DNA of 64,000 bases from an uncultured Pseudomonadota bacterium (GTDB taxonomy: Bacteria > Myxococcota_A > Polyangia > Fen-1088), in contig CAWKBC010000027.1 in NCBI GenBank assembly GCA_963847705.1, forward strand, positions 32,001-96,000, read 5' to 3'. Below the pieces are notes generated by a model. That model worked only from the letters and a program-made list of their open reading frames with translations. It did no database searches and was not told the DNA's origin. Within the stretch, counting starts at the first letter, position 1, and each line of letters starts with the position of its first letter. Shown here piece by piece: positions 21,042-33,105 of this stretch. A program made the position numbers and the translations under genes.

Positions 21042-21068
21042 CTGGCACTCAACCAACTTGAGTGCCAG
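21042..21068. promoter_or_regulatory. CIRCE element (HrcA operator)
   Basis: CTGGCACTC-N9-GAGTGCCAG perfect inverted repeat upstream of groES; consensus TTAGCACTC-N9-GAGTGCTAA. Confidence 0.9.
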
Positions 21069-21130
21069 GCTTGTTCGTCCTTGCTCGGCAGGGACATGAA
21101 ACCGTTCTCAACCGTTCGGAGGATCCAGAG

Positions 21131-21421
21131 ATGAAAGTTCGCCCGTTACAGGACCGCGTGCTGGTCCGTCGCATCGCCGAAGAAGAGAAGACCAAGGGGG
21201 GGATCATCATCCCCGACTCCGCCAAGGAGAAGCCGGCCGAGGCCGAGGTCATCGCCGTCGGCAACGGAAAGTTCGACGACAAGGGCGCGCTGCGCCCGCT
21301 CACGGTCAAGAAGGGCGATCGCGTCCTCTTCGGCAAGTACAGCGGCAACGAGATCAAGATCGACGGCGTCGATCACCTGATTCTGCGCGAGGACGACATC
21401 CTCGGCGTTCTGGAGAAATAA
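21131..21421 (+). CDS. groES: Co-chaperonin GroES
   Basis: [31 protein letters not shown]. Confidence 0.97.
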   Translation: MKVRPLQDRVLVRRIAEEEKTKGGIIIPDSAKEKPAEAEVIAVGNGKFDDKGALRPLTVKKGDRVLFGKYSGNEIKIDGVDHLILREDDILGVLEK

Positions 21422-23086
<1,665 letters not shown>

Positions 23087-23118
23087 CCGCTCCCGCGGTT
23101 CACCGCCCGTTCCAACAG

Positions 23119-23157
23119 ACGGCGAGTCGGGGTTCTCCCGGCTCGCCGTTTTCATTT
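23119..23157 (+). terminator. Intrinsic terminator after groEL
   Basis: ACGGCGAGTCGGG / CCCGGCTCGCCGT hairpin followed by TTTCATTT. Confidence 0.75.
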
Positions 23158-23165
23158 GCTGCCCT

Positions 23166-24377
23166 TCACTTCTCGAGCGCGCCGGTCACCGACAGCAACA
23201 GCGTCTGGCGCTGGTAGCTGATCGAGGGGTTCCCCAGCTCATTGGCGTAGAAGGTGTATCGCGCGATGAGGCGCAACCGGTCGCCGAGGTCGTGAGAGAG
23301 ATCGACGCGAACGCTCGACCGGTTCTCGTCCTCGATCGCCTCGATGCTGGAGAAGCTGTTGCCGGCCGGGGTCGCGCCAATCGGTTGAGGCTGGGCGTAG
23401 TGTGCGAACAGCAGCTCGCCGCGCGCTGCCAGCGTCAGCCCACCGGGCAGCGGGCCCGCGAAGCGCGCGGTCACGATGTGGCGCATGACCGTCTCGCCGT
23501 AGCTGTTCGAACGGTTGTATTGAAAGGCGTAGCCGGCCCCCACCAGCACGCGGCCGACCCGCTGGACGTCGAGGTGGCTCATGAGGAAGTCGTCGCGTCG
23601 CAGATCGGGCCCCGAGCAGGCGAAGCCCGGCGGAACGTTCAACGCCGGCGGGCAGTCGGTGGTGAGCGCCGGCCCGCCGAACGTCCGATCCTCGTAGCTG
23701 GCGCCGGTGCTCGCCTCCCAGTCGGCATCGCCATCGGTCTGGCGCACCCAGCGCAGCTCTGCGGCGACCGTCGGTGCGTTGAAATCGTAGTCGCGATCGG
23801 GCTTGAACAAGAAGCTCCGGTAGCCGGCGATGATCGAGAGGTCGAAATGCTCCGCGGCGATCCACCCGAGTTGCACCGTGGAGGCGAGGGAGCGAAAGTC
23901 GCGCCGTTCGCTGGCATCGACCAGATTCTTCGCGGGCGCCTGGAAGGCCTCGTAGTAGCCGCCGGACAGCGTCAGCGTCGCCCGGGGCCCGAGCGCCTTC
24001 GCCCAGGCGATCGAGGATTGGGCGATGGCCACGTCCTCGTCGGTGGCGGCTGGAGCGTCGTAGATCTTCCCGGCCGCGGTCGCCCCCAGCGTCAAGATCT
24101 GGCCGTCTGCGATCAGGTCGGACAGCGTCCCCGCCAGCACCAGGCGCTCAAGGGGCGAAGCGACGATGGGCGGGTTGTTTGCCCCGGCGACCATCTCCGT
24201 CCGATGGGCGTTGGTGTCGTACTCGAGCCCCACCTCGGTCCGCAGGGTGTAGCGCTCGGTATCGGGCGCGCCGTCGGTCTGGGCGCGGGCCGTGCCGAAG
24301 GAGCTCCCGAGCACCATGCCGGACACCATGCAGATCTTGGCGAGGAGCGAGAGCGCCGCCAGCGCCGGACGACCCAT
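23166..24377 (-). CDS. Putative outer-membrane beta-barrel protein
   Basis: Signal peptide, alternating amphipathic strands, GLEYDTN near the N-terminus. Confidence 0.6.
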   Translation of the reverse strand: MGRPALAALSLLAKICMVSGMVLGSSFGTARAQTDGAPDTERYTLRTEVGLEYDTNAHRTEMVAGANNPPIVASPLERLVLAGTLSDLIADGQILTLGATAAGKIYDAPAATDEDVAIAQSSIAWAKALGPRATLTLSGGYYEAFQAPAKNLVDASERRDFRSLASTVQLGWIAAEHFDLSIIAGYRSFLFKPDRDYDFNAPTVAAELRWVRQTDGDADWEASTGASYEDRTFGGPALTTDCPPALNVPPGFACSGPDLRRDDFLMSHLDVQRVGRVLVGAGYAFQYNRSNSYGETVMRHIVTARFAGPLPGGLTLAARGELLFAHYAQPQPIGATPAGNSFSSIEAIEDENRSSVRVDLSHDLGDRLRLIARYTFYANELGNPSISYQRQTLLLSVTGALEK

Positions 24378-24410
24378 GCCTCGGCAGTGTATCCGGGGGC
24401 CGACCCGCCG

Positions 24411-25334
24411 TCAGCGCGGCGTGCGCGCGGTCTGGCGCATCGCGCGCGCCTGGCCACCGAGTGCGTCGGCGCGCGCCCGCAGCGCGGCCACCGCCCGCTG
24501 CAGCGCCTGCACCGATGAGGTCTGAGACCTGGTGCCTTCGAGGCGGCGGATGTCGGCGACGGTGGCGGGATCGAGCAGATCGCGCAGCTCCAGCGACAGC
24601 GCCGTGGGCGGCGCTCCGGTGAGCGGCGTGGGCGGCGCGCTCCCGGCCGACGTGGTGGCCGGGTTGGAGCCGGTGCTGGCGCTGCCCGACACCCCCAGGG
24701 TCGGGCGATCGACGGTCTGCGCGCCGTTGCCCGTCGGTAGCGCCACGGGCGCCCCGGCGTGCCCGGCGCTGTCGGCGGCGGGGATACTCACCACCCGCCG
24801 ATTCGACCCTTCGAGGGGCGCGAACGGATCGCAATCCAGCTCCGCCGCGCGTCGCCGCAGATCCTGCCGCCCCTTGAGCTCGACCACGCGGTGGTCGAGG
24901 GCGTCCGCCTCGAGTCGCACGCGGCGCGCGCGATCGTCCAAGATGTCTGCCTTGGCCTGCAGATCGCTGGGGCTGTCCGTCGGCGCGGCGACCGGCAACG
25001 GCCCCGGCTCGAGGGCCGGCGCGCGCAGCCCGAGGCGCGCCTCGATGTCGATCAGGCGGCGGGCCAGCGCCTCGGCGTCCGCCAGCCGCGCGCGCAGGCG
25101 GTAGTCGTCGCCCACGCCGCGCGCGGACCGCTTGAGGGCGTCGATCTCGGCGTTGACGCGATCGAGCTGGGCCCGCAGGCGCGCCCGCTCGGCGGTCAGC
25201 GCCAGGTCGCCGGACGCCGGTGGGGCGCCGGCGACGGCCGGGGAAGGCTCCGCACGGACAACCGGCGGCGCAACTCCCAGCCCCGCGGCGAGCGCGAGCA
25301 GCGCGCAAAGCCGGGCGGAGCTGATGTTCGGCAT
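24411..25334 (-). CDS. Secreted coiled-coil hypothetical protein
   Basis: Signal peptide; heptad-like helices separated by Pro/Ser/Thr linkers. Confidence 0.6.
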   Translation of the reverse strand: MPNISSARLCALLALAAGLGVAPPVVRAEPSPAVAGAPPASGDLALTAERARLRAQLDRVNAEIDALKRSARGVGDDYRLRARLADAEALARRLIDIEARLGLRAPALEPGPLPVAAPTDSPSDLQAKADILDDRARRVRLEADALDHRVVELKGRQDLRRRAAELDCDPFAPLEGSNRRVVSIPAADSAGHAGAPVALPTGNGAQTVDRPTLGVSGSASTGSNPATTSAGSAPPTPLTGAPPTALSLELRDLLDPATVADIRRLEGTRSQTSSVQALQRAVAALRARADALGGQARAMRQTARTPR

Positions 25335-25365
25335 CGTGACGGCGTCCCCTGAGAACCGCTAGGAT

Positions 25366-25381
25366 AGCAATGCTCGTACCA
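25366..25381 (-). promoter_or_regulatory. Putative sigma54 -24/-12 promoter
   Basis: TGGTACG-AGCA-TTGCT on the minus strand, ~30 nt upstream of the 25334 start. Confidence 0.6.
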
Positions 25382-25478
25382 CCGTTGTGGCATTCGCTGC
25401 GGTCGAACTTCGTTCGTCTGCCGCGCCGCCCCCTCAGATTCTTGAGAGACGGGGCAAAATCGTTGATGCTACCGGCGC

Positions 25479-26066
25479 ATGCGCTCTCTCCTGGTCGTGG
25501 TCGTCGGGTCCCTGGTGATGGGTTGCGCCACCGAAGGCCCCGCGCCCAATGACATCAAGCCGCGCGCCAATTTGACGGCCGCCGACTTCTACCCGCTGGC
25601 GCCGGGCTGGAAGTGGGCCTACGACGTCGAGAAGGACGGCATCAACATCCTGGCCACGTACGCGGTGCTCGAACGGACCGGGGACACCGCGGTGGTGCAG
25701 ACCGGCGACGAGAAGCTGACCTATGCCGTCACGCCTGACGGGATCGTGCAGAAGGACGGCGGCATGCTCGGCGACTACGTCATCAAGAACCCCGTGAAGG
25801 CGGGCGCCGAATGGGCGGTCGAGGGGGGGCGGGCGCACCTCGCCTCGGTGACGGCCGACTTCAAGCTCGATTCGGGGGAGCACTACTTCGGCTGCATCGT
25901 CATCGAGGTCACCCGCACCGATCCGGTGCGCGTGACGCGCACGACGTTCGCGCCCGATCTCGGGCCGGTGATGCTGGAGGTGCAGGTGCAGGACGGCGCC
26001 AAGTTCACCACCATCACGCGGGCCCGCCTGCGCGCCGTCACCCGCCCGGGCGACGCGGCGCTGTAG
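25479..26066 (+). CDS. Hypothetical lipoprotein
   Basis: Lipobox VMGC; YPLAPGWKWAY; beta-rich sequence. Confidence 0.7.
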   Translation: MRSLLVVVVGSLVMGCATEGPAPNDIKPRANLTAADFYPLAPGWKWAYDVEKDGINILATYAVLERTGDTAVVQTGDEKLTYAVTPDGIVQKDGGMLGDYVIKNPVKAGAEWAVEGGRAHLASVTADFKLDSGEHYFGCIVIEVTRTDPVRVTRTTFAPDLGPVMLEVQVQDGAKFTTITRARLRAVTRPGDAAL

Positions 26067-27234
26067 CGAGCGAGGGGACCTCGGGCGCCAGCCGTTCGTC
26101 GCGGCTGTAGTTGAAGTAGCGCTTGAGCCTGAGAAACCTCGATTCATAGAGGTGCCAGCTGAGGATCGCGGCCCCCATCGACACCGCCGCCGCGATCGAG
26201 GCGTGGGCGACCACGGCCAGCAGATAGGAGTGCAGGCGCGCGGCCAAGCTCTCCACCGAGAGCCCGGCGCGGTCGAACACCGGCCAGAGCAGACCGTGCA
26301 GGACGTAGAGGCCGTAGCTGTATTTTCCAAACAACGTGAGGGCGCGGCTCTCGAGGAGGCGACGCCCGTACGAGCTCGCCGGCGCGGCGATCGCCAGCAC
26401 GACCACCGCAGCGAACAGGATCGCCAGCAGGGAGTATCCGGCCGTCTGCATGAAGCGGCCGGGCCAGAACGTGTTCCCCGTGAGCACCATCGAGCCGAGC
26501 AGGACCGCCAGAGAGAGGCCAGCGAGGAGACGGGCGAGCGGCACGCCGCGCGCGAGCTGCCCGCCGTTGGCGGCGAATCCCGCGATCCAGGCCCCCGCCA
26601 GGAGGGCGTCCATTCGGCACGGGGTGAAGGTGTAGATCGCGTTCGGCGAGATCCCCGCCGCCACGAACAGGAGTCGCAGGCAGATACAGCACAAGGCCAG
26701 CACGCCGCAGAGGCGCGGCAGGTTTCGCGGATCGGTCCTCCGGACGATCAGCGGCCAGAGCAGATAGAACTGCTCCTCCACCCCCAGCGACCAAAAATGG
26801 CCGAAGTTAAGCCCCAGAACGTTGGGGGTGTTGAACCACCCGCCGGTCACCAGAGGATAGATGTTGCTGGCGTAGAGCCAGAGCCAGAGGGGGGATGGTC
26901 CCGCCGGCGGTGCTCCGGCGCCCATCACCAGCGGCGCCAGCAAGAGCACGACCGTCAACACGCCATAGGTGAGCGGGAAGATTCGCAGAACGCGCCGCAT
27001 GTAGAAGTCACGAAAGAAGAAGGGCGACGTGCGGGTGGCGAGGAGAATTCTGGTGATCAAGAAGCCCGAGAGGACGAAGAAGAGATCGACCCCCACCCAG
27101 CCGGCGTAGGCCGCCTTGAACAGCAGGTGGGCCAGCGGGTTGCGGTGCGTGCCGTTGCCGAAGTGGACCAGCATCACCAGCAGGATGGCGATGCCACGGA
27201 GGCCGTCGAGAGGCTTCAGCCGTTCCGGGACCAC
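26038..27234 (-). CDS. Acyltransferase family 3 (OafA/YrhL-like) membrane O-acyltransferase
   Basis: LDGLRGIA, GVDLFFVLSGFLI, RRVLRIFP, HFWSLGVEEQFY, SYGLYVLH. Confidence 0.9.
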   Translation of the reverse strand: MVPERLKPLDGLRGIAILLVMLVHFGNGTHRNPLAHLLFKAAYAGWVGVDLFFVLSGFLITRILLATRTSPFFFRDFYMRRVLRIFPLTYGVLTVVLLLAPLVMGAGAPPAGPSPLWLWLYASNIYPLVTGGWFNTPNVLGLNFGHFWSLGVEEQFYLLWPLIVRRTDPRNLPRLCGVLALCCICLRLLFVAAGISPNAIYTFTPCRMDALLAGAWIAGFAANGGQLARGVPLARLLAGLSLAVLLGSMVLTGNTFWPGRFMQTAGYSLLAILFAAVVVLAIAAPASSYGRRLLESRALTLFGKYSYGLYVLHGLLWPVFDRAGLSVESLAARLHSYLLAVVAHASIAAAVSMGAAILSWHLYESRFLRLKRYFNYSRDERLAPEVPSLATAPRRPGG

Positions 27235-27252
27235 CGCACCGCGATCGTATCA

Positions 27253-27319
27253 CGGCGCGAAGTGAGGCGAGACGAGCCTCGGCGGCGCGAAGTGAGGCGA
27301 GGCCAGCCTCGGCGGCGCG
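27253..27319. repeat. 30-bp tandem repeat (~2.2 copies) with internal GAGGC/GCCTC palindrome
   Basis: CGGCGCGAAGTGAGGCGAGACGAGCCTCGG, then CGGCGCGAAGTGAGGCGAGGCCAGCCTCGG, then CGGCGCG. Confidence 0.8.
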
Positions 27320-27322
27320 CGC

Positions 27323-28369
27323 TCAGAAGAGTGCCAGGAGGAGGGCGATGAGCCCTCCCGCCAGCGACGTCCAGGCCAGCCCGGCGGCGAACCGGAGCTC
27401 GGCGGCGAAGGCCAGCGGGTTCCGGGTGGTGACGATCAGCGGCTGGTCGGCGCGCCCGACGAAGAGCGGAGAGACGCCACCGCGGTGAGCTCCACCGGCG
27501 TCGCGATCGGGGGCCAGGATGACCGGCCCGGCGACATGAACCTCGTCCCCCTCGCAGAGCGAGGTCTCGAGGTGCAGCGCCCAATCGGGCCCGGCGATCT
27601 CGTGGCAGTTGTCGCTGCGGATGAAGATGACCGGGCCGGCGAGATCGACGCGCGCCGCGCCGGTCGCGTCGGCGATCGTCACCTCGCCGCCGCCGTGCTC
27701 GTGGCGCCGCTCCGCCGGGCTCACCTCGACGGTGTGCCAGTAGACGCAGGGCGAACCCGACAGCGGGGCGCGCAGGTGATCGGGCGAGACGACGCGCGCA
27801 GCGACGTGGGCGAGGTCGTCCTCGCTGGTGCCGTCCACATGGCCCAGCTTGCTCACCGAGCGGATCCCGCTCGGCCACGGCTGCGACAGCAGCGGCGCCA
27901 GCCGTCGCCGCCGCCGGGCGATCCCCGCCAGCAGGCAGGCGCCCCCCAGCAGCCATCCGAGGGCGACCCAGGCGCCCGGGAAATTGACCATCCCGAGCGC
28001 GCGCGGGCCGAGCGCGATCTGTCCAATGGCGCCGAGCAGCCCCGCCGCGATCTGTCCGGCGGCGAGCAGGCCACAGGCCGCCTGTCCGATGCCCCAGCCA
28101 AGCCCGATCGCCGCCTGACCGACGCTGACCGCGCCCAGCGCGACCTGTCCGACGGCGATGATGCCAATGGCGATCTGACCGACCGCGATCACGCCCACGG
28201 CGGGTGGACGCCGGCCGGTCGTCGGGTCGATCCCGCGCACCACGTGCACCAGCGGCAACCGACCGATCCGCAGGCGTGACCGGTATTCGAAGCTCGCCGC
28301 CCCAGGCTGCTCCGTTGTCTTCGTCGCCGCCGTCGCCCCTGTCCGCGCCGTCCCTTCATGCGCAGCCAT
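27323..28369 (-). CDS. Membrane protein with Gly-rich repeats and a GIDE-like C-terminal domain
   Basis: FEYRS...LPLVHV followed by A.GQ.A.G repeats; LRAPLSGSPCVYW; C-terminal TM helix. Confidence 0.55.
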   Translation of the reverse strand: MAAHEGTARTGATAATKTTEQPGAASFEYRSRLRIGRLPLVHVVRGIDPTTGRRPPAVGVIAVGQIAIGIIAVGQVALGAVSVGQAAIGLGWGIGQAACGLLAAGQIAAGLLGAIGQIALGPRALGMVNFPGAWVALGWLLGGACLLAGIARRRRRLAPLLSQPWPSGIRSVSKLGHVDGTSEDDLAHVAARVVSPDHLRAPLSGSPCVYWHTVEVSPAERRHEHGGGEVTIADATGAARVDLAGPVIFIRSDNCHEIAGPDWALHLETSLCEGDEVHVAGPVILAPDRDAGGAHRGGVSPLFVGRADQPLIVTTRNPLAFAAELRFAAGLAWTSLAGGLIALLLALF

Positions 28370-28432
28370 CAGTGAAGCCTACGTCTCGGCTCCGGCCCCT
28401 GCAACGTTCAGCTTTGCGTATAGTCTCGGTTC

Positions 28433-30425
28433 GTGAGGGCGCGCGCCTCTGGAACGGTCCCCATCGCGCCCGTCGGCGTGCCCGACCGCGGGCCCGACCC
28501 TGTGCCCGACCGCGTGCCCCTCCTGGTGACGGCCCTGATCGCGGTCGTGGCCGCGGCCGCAGGCGGTTGCGGCGCGTCGCGTCCGGCCGGCCGGGCCGTC
28601 GCCGCCGGCGCGCCGACCGTGGCGGTCCCGGCCCGGGTGCGCAGCAACATCTTGCGGGCGGACTACGCCGGCTCGGCGCGTTGCGCCAGCTGCCACGCGG
28701 AGATCACCGCGGCCTGGCAAGGCTCGCCGATGCACCTCATGACGCGGCGGCCGGAGGGGGCGCGCATCCGGGCGCCCTTCGACGGGACGACGTTTCGCTT
28801 CAAGGACGACAGCGCGCGCCTCACCGAGACGGACGGCGCGCGGTTCGTCGAGCTGGCGTCGCCAGCAGGGGGCCGTCACCTCTATCGCGTCACCCGCGTC
28901 ATCGGAGGCCGCTATCGGGAGGACTTCGCGGGGGTCGAGGTCGGCGCGGCCGCCGGCGCCACTGAGGGCGAGCGGGAGCTGCTCCTGCCGATCTCCTACG
29001 TCTTCGAGAGCAAGAGCTTCCGCCTCAAGGGCTACTCGGTTCTGGTGACGGAGCGGCCGGGGCTGCACGCGGGCGGCGTGTGGAATCAGACCTGTGTCTT
29101 CTGCCACAACACCGTCCCCTACTTCGACGATGTCTGGGGCGCGCTCTATGAGCAGGCGGGCACTCCTGGCCGCAGGGCGCCCGGCTACCAGGGGGAGGTG
29201 GTCGACAAGCTGCTGCCGCCCGACCGCCGGTTTCGGTTCGACATCGCAGGCGGAAGGGCGCTGGTGGCAGCGGTCGACGCCGAGGTGAGGGCGGTCGGCG
29301 GAGCGGGGGCGGCCGCCGAGACGCCGGCCCCCGAGGCGCTCGAGCAGGGGATTCACGAGCTGCGTACGCGCTTCGCGGCGCGCCACTTCGTCGAGCTCGG
29401 CATCGGCTGCGAGGCTTGCCACGGCGGCAGCCGGGAGCATGTCGACGAGCCACGCGTGCTCCCGGACTTCGCCCCGCGCAGCGCGTTTCTGCAGGCGCGC
29501 CCGGAGGTGGCGCGGGCCGACGGCGAGGTGACGCGCGCCGAACGGATCAACCGGGTGTGCGCCCGCTGCCACCAGGTGCTGTTCTCGCGCTACCCGTTCA
29601 CCTGGGAGGGGGGACAGCGGCGGGGCGAAAATCCGGGTGGGAGCTCGATCACCTCGGGCGAGGGGCGCGACCTGCTGCTCGGCGGCTGCGCGCGTCAGAT
29701 GTCCTGCGTGACCTGCCACGACCCGCACGGCGAGGATCGGCGCGCCGAGCTGGAACGGCTGGCCACACCGGCCGGCAACGGGGTCTGCGTCCGCTGCCAC
29801 GCGCAGTACGCCACGCCCGCCGCGCTGGCGAGCCACGCGCACCACGATCCGAACGGCGCCGGGGCCAGCTGCGTCGGGTGCCACATGCCGCGCAAGAACA
29901 TGGGTCTCGGCTACGCGCTGACCCGCTACCACCGGATCGGCCTCCCCGACGATCCGGTGCGCGTCGAGCGCGATCGTCCGCTCGAGTGCGCGCTCTGCCA
30001 CGCCGACAAGACCGTCGGTGAGCTGGTCGACCACCATGGAGGGGTGGTGGGGCCGCAAGTACGATCGGGCGGCGCTGGCGCTGCTCTACGGCGGCCTCGA
30101 CGTGAAGCCGCTCCCGGCGACGCTGGAGCGGGGCAGGGCGCACGAGCAGGCGGTGGCGCTGGCGACGCTGGGGGCGGCGCACCTGACGGCGGCGGCGCCG
30201 GCGGTCGCCCGGCAGCTGGTGAACCCCTTCCCGCTGGTGCGGTACTACGCCCGCCGCGCGCTGGAAGCGCTGCGCGGCCAGGACTGCGCCGTCGATCTCG
30301 ATCGGCCGACGCCGGAGATCGCGGCGGCGGTCCGAGCCTGCGTGCCGGAGGCGTTCGCGACCGGGCCGCCGGTGCCGACGGGCGCCGCACCTGCCCGGGG
30401 CGGCAACGACGTCGACGAGGATTGA
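28433..30425 (+). CDS. Octaheme c-type cytochrome lipoprotein with HEAT-like C-terminus; frameshift near 30030
   Basis: Eight CxxCH motifs (CASCH, CVFCH, CEACH, CARCH, CVTCH, CVRCH, CVGCH, CALCH); protein-like sequence continues in another frame (TMEGWWGRKY...FPLVRYYARRAL). Confidence 0.8.
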
Positions 30426-30445
30426 ACGCGCTACAATCGCGGACC

Positions 30446-31396
30446 GTGTCCGCCACCACCGCCAGGCCCCCGCTCGTTCTGCTCACCGGGTTTCTGGGGG
30501 CGGGCAAGACGACGATCCTGAACCGCGTGCTCGGCGCGCAGCACAGCCGGCGCGTCGGCGTGATCATCAACGAGCTCGGGCGCATCGACATCGACACCCG
30601 CCTCGTCAAGAGCCGCGCGGGCGACGTGATGGAGCTGGCGGGCGGCTGCGTCTGCCACGAGGTGCGCGTCCAGTCCGAGCTGTGGGCGGCGATCGCCGAG
30701 GTGGCCCGCCGCGCGAACCCGGAGGTGGTGGTGCTGGAGACGACCGGGATCGCCGAGCCCTGGTCGATCCTCGACGGGCTCGAGGGGCTCGGCGCCGCCG
30801 CCCCCGCGGTGGCGGCGGGCGTCGTCTGCGCCGTCGACGCGGAGGCCGGCGCGGGGCAGATCGCCCGGCACGAGGAGGCGCGCGCCCAGATCGAGGCGGC
30901 CGATCGAATTGTCCTCACCAAGCTGGACCTCGCCGCGCCCGAGGCGGTGGTGGCGCTGCACCGGGAGCTCGCCCGCCGCAACCCGGCCGCCGAGCGGGCC
31001 AGCTTTCCGGCGACCGACGAGGCGACCGCCGAGCTCTGCCCCTGGCTTCTCGACGTCCGGGCGGCGGCGCGGGCGCGGCCGGCGCACGGATCGCCGCACC
31101 AGCACCACCACGGCCAGCTCGCCGCCATCGCCTACAGCGACACGGCGGCGCTGCTGGGCGAGCCGCTGCTGGCGATGGTGGAACGCCTCGGTCCGGGGCT
31201 GGTTCGAGCGAAGGGGTTCGTCCACCTCGCCGGCGAGCCACGCCGCGGGTTTCTCGAGCGCGCCGGTCTTCACACCGAGCTGCGCCTGGGCGAGCCGTGG
31301 GGCGACGAGCGGCCAGCGACCGAGATTGTGCTCATCGGCGAGGGGCTCGACGCCGGCGCCATCCGCCGGCAGATCTGGGCCTGCCGCGCCAGGTAG
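30446..31396 (+). CDS. CobW/COG0523-family metal-chaperone GTPase
   Basis: LTGFLGAGKTT, NELG, GGCVC, LETTG, TKLD, His patch, RAKG. Confidence 0.9.
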   Translation: MSATTARPPLVLLTGFLGAGKTTILNRVLGAQHSRRVGVIINELGRIDIDTRLVKSRAGDVMELAGGCVCHEVRVQSELWAAIAEVARRANPEVVVLETTGIAEPWSILDGLEGLGAAAPAVAAGVVCAVDAEAGAGQIARHEEARAQIEAADRIVLTKLDLAAPEAVVALHRELARRNPAAERASFPATDEATAELCPWLLDVRAAARARPAHGSPHQHHHGQLAAIAYSDTAALLGEPLLAMVERLGPGLVRAKGFVHLAGEPRRGFLERAGLHTELRLGEPWGDERPATEIVLIGEGLDAGAIRRQIWACRAR

Positions 31397-31498
31397 GCGC
31401 AGGGGAACACCGACCGACCCGCGCGCCAGGTCGCGGTCGGGTCGCAGGTCCGCACACGCAAAATTCCCAACCTGGCGCGGCGCCGCTATCATGGCGTC

Positions 31499-32729
31499 AT
31501 GTCGGGCGCGCGTGATGGCCGGGCGCACGCCGCGTGCCTGTGGGTTGGCATCGTCTTCGTCGCCCTGTCGGCCGGGTGCGTGGTTCAGATGTATCCCGGC
31601 CCGAAGCTTCCGCGGGACGAAACGGCGCGTCTCGGGGTCGAGCATGCGTCGGTGACGAACATCGACGGGATGGATCTGCCCGTCGGCTCGGCGTTCATGT
31701 TGCGGTCGGGGATCCACACGCTGTCGGCCACCGCCGTGGACGCCTACGGCCACACGGTCGGACCGCTGACGTTCTGCTTCACCGCCCAGGGCGGAGCGAG
31801 CTACGTCCTGAGGTTCGGGGGAGAGGCCCACCGGGAGCCGGCGCTCATCGACGAAAGGACCGCCGGGGAGATTCGCACCCGTCCGCTCGCGCCCGGGGAG
31901 CGTTGCCTGCCGGCTGCTCCTCCCCGCCCGGTCGTCGTGAAGGTTCCGGAGCCGCCGCAGCCCGCGGCGCTGGCGGAGACGCCGACCCCGGCTGTCGCGG
32001 ACGGGGAGGTGCACTCCGAGTCACAGGCCGCCTTGCCACAGGACGGCGCCGCCGCGGCGGCCCTGCCAGCCGGCGCGGCTTACGCGCCGGCTGCGGTGGA
32101 CAGCGAGGCGCCGCCCCGCCGCCGCCCCTTCCGCGCGACGTATGTCTCGCAGGAAAAGCAGGACCCGAGCTGGGTCCGTCATCCGGGAAACGGGCTCATG
32201 TTCGACTTCGGCGCGTTCCTCGGCGGAACGGATTCTGGCGACGGCGACGCTCAGCGACGGGAGCACCAGCTCGTTGAGCGGCGGATTGGGGGTCCTGGCG
32301 TCGGTCGGCGTGATGCTGACCCCGTTGTGGGTGGGAGACGGCGTGGGCTTCGGCCTCGACGCCTTCGCCAGCGTCAAATACGATTCGCTCGGCGACTCGG
32401 GCAACAGCGTCTCGCTCACGCGGTACCCGCTCGGCCTGGGGGCCCATCTGCTGCTCCACCTCGACGATCGCTGGTGGTTCATCCTCCGCGGCGGCCTCAT
32501 CAAGGAGACCGGAATCAGTCTCTCCGCGAGCGGCTACCCCGACGCCGGCCTCACGGGGTCACTGGGCGGCTTTGGCGAGGGTGGCTTCTACTACATCCCG
32601 CATTTTGGCGACGACCACCTGGCCTTCGTCTTCACCTTCCGCTACAGCGCCTCGAGCGATTCGGCCAACGGCGCGACGATCAGCGCCAACAGCGGCGGCG
32701 TGATCTGGGCCCTGCACCTCAACTTCTGA
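31499..32729 (+). CDS. Lipoprotein with C-terminal beta-barrel-like domain; frameshift at ~32233
   Basis: Lipobox LSAGC; removing one T at 32233-32234 gives GGTDLATATLSDG; ends in LHLNF (terminal Phe). Confidence 0.65.
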
Positions 32730-32730
32730 G

Positions 32731-33084
32731 CTACCTGAGATCGAGGAGCTCGACCTCGAACAGCAGCGTGGCGTTGGGCGGGATGACCCCGCCGGCCCCG
32801 CGCGCCCCGTAGCCGAGGCCGGGCGGGATGAGCAGCGTGCGCTTGCCGCCGATCTTCATTCCCGCCACCCCTTCATCCCAGCCCTTGATGACCTGGCCGC
32901 GCCCGAGCGCGAAGGAGAAGGGGCTCTTGCGATCGTGCGAGCTGTCGAACTTGGCGCCCTTGGCGCCGTCGTTCCAGAGCCAGCCGGTGTAGTGCATCAC
33001 GCACGTCCCGCCGGTCGCCTCGGCGCCGGTGCCGGGCTGGGTGTCTTCGTACTGGAGGCCGCTTGTCGTCGTGGTCATCGCCAT
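32731..33084 (-). CDS. FKBP-type peptidyl-prolyl isomerase
   Basis: [32 protein letters not shown]. Confidence 0.95.
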   Translation of the reverse strand: MAMTTTTSGLQYEDTQPGTGAEATGGTCVMHYTGWLWNDGAKGAKFDSSHDRKSPFSFALGRGQVIKGWDEGVAGMKIGGKRTLLIPPGLGYGARGAGGVIPPNATLLFEVELLDLR

Positions 33085-33105
33085 GCGGCGGGTTATATCG
33101 CAGAA

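Noticed and set aside
28433-31396. 987-aa cytochrome-CobW fusion
   Set aside because: The linker reads as off-frame junk, while the alternative frame gives a sensible C-terminus ending at 30425; cobW has its own start.
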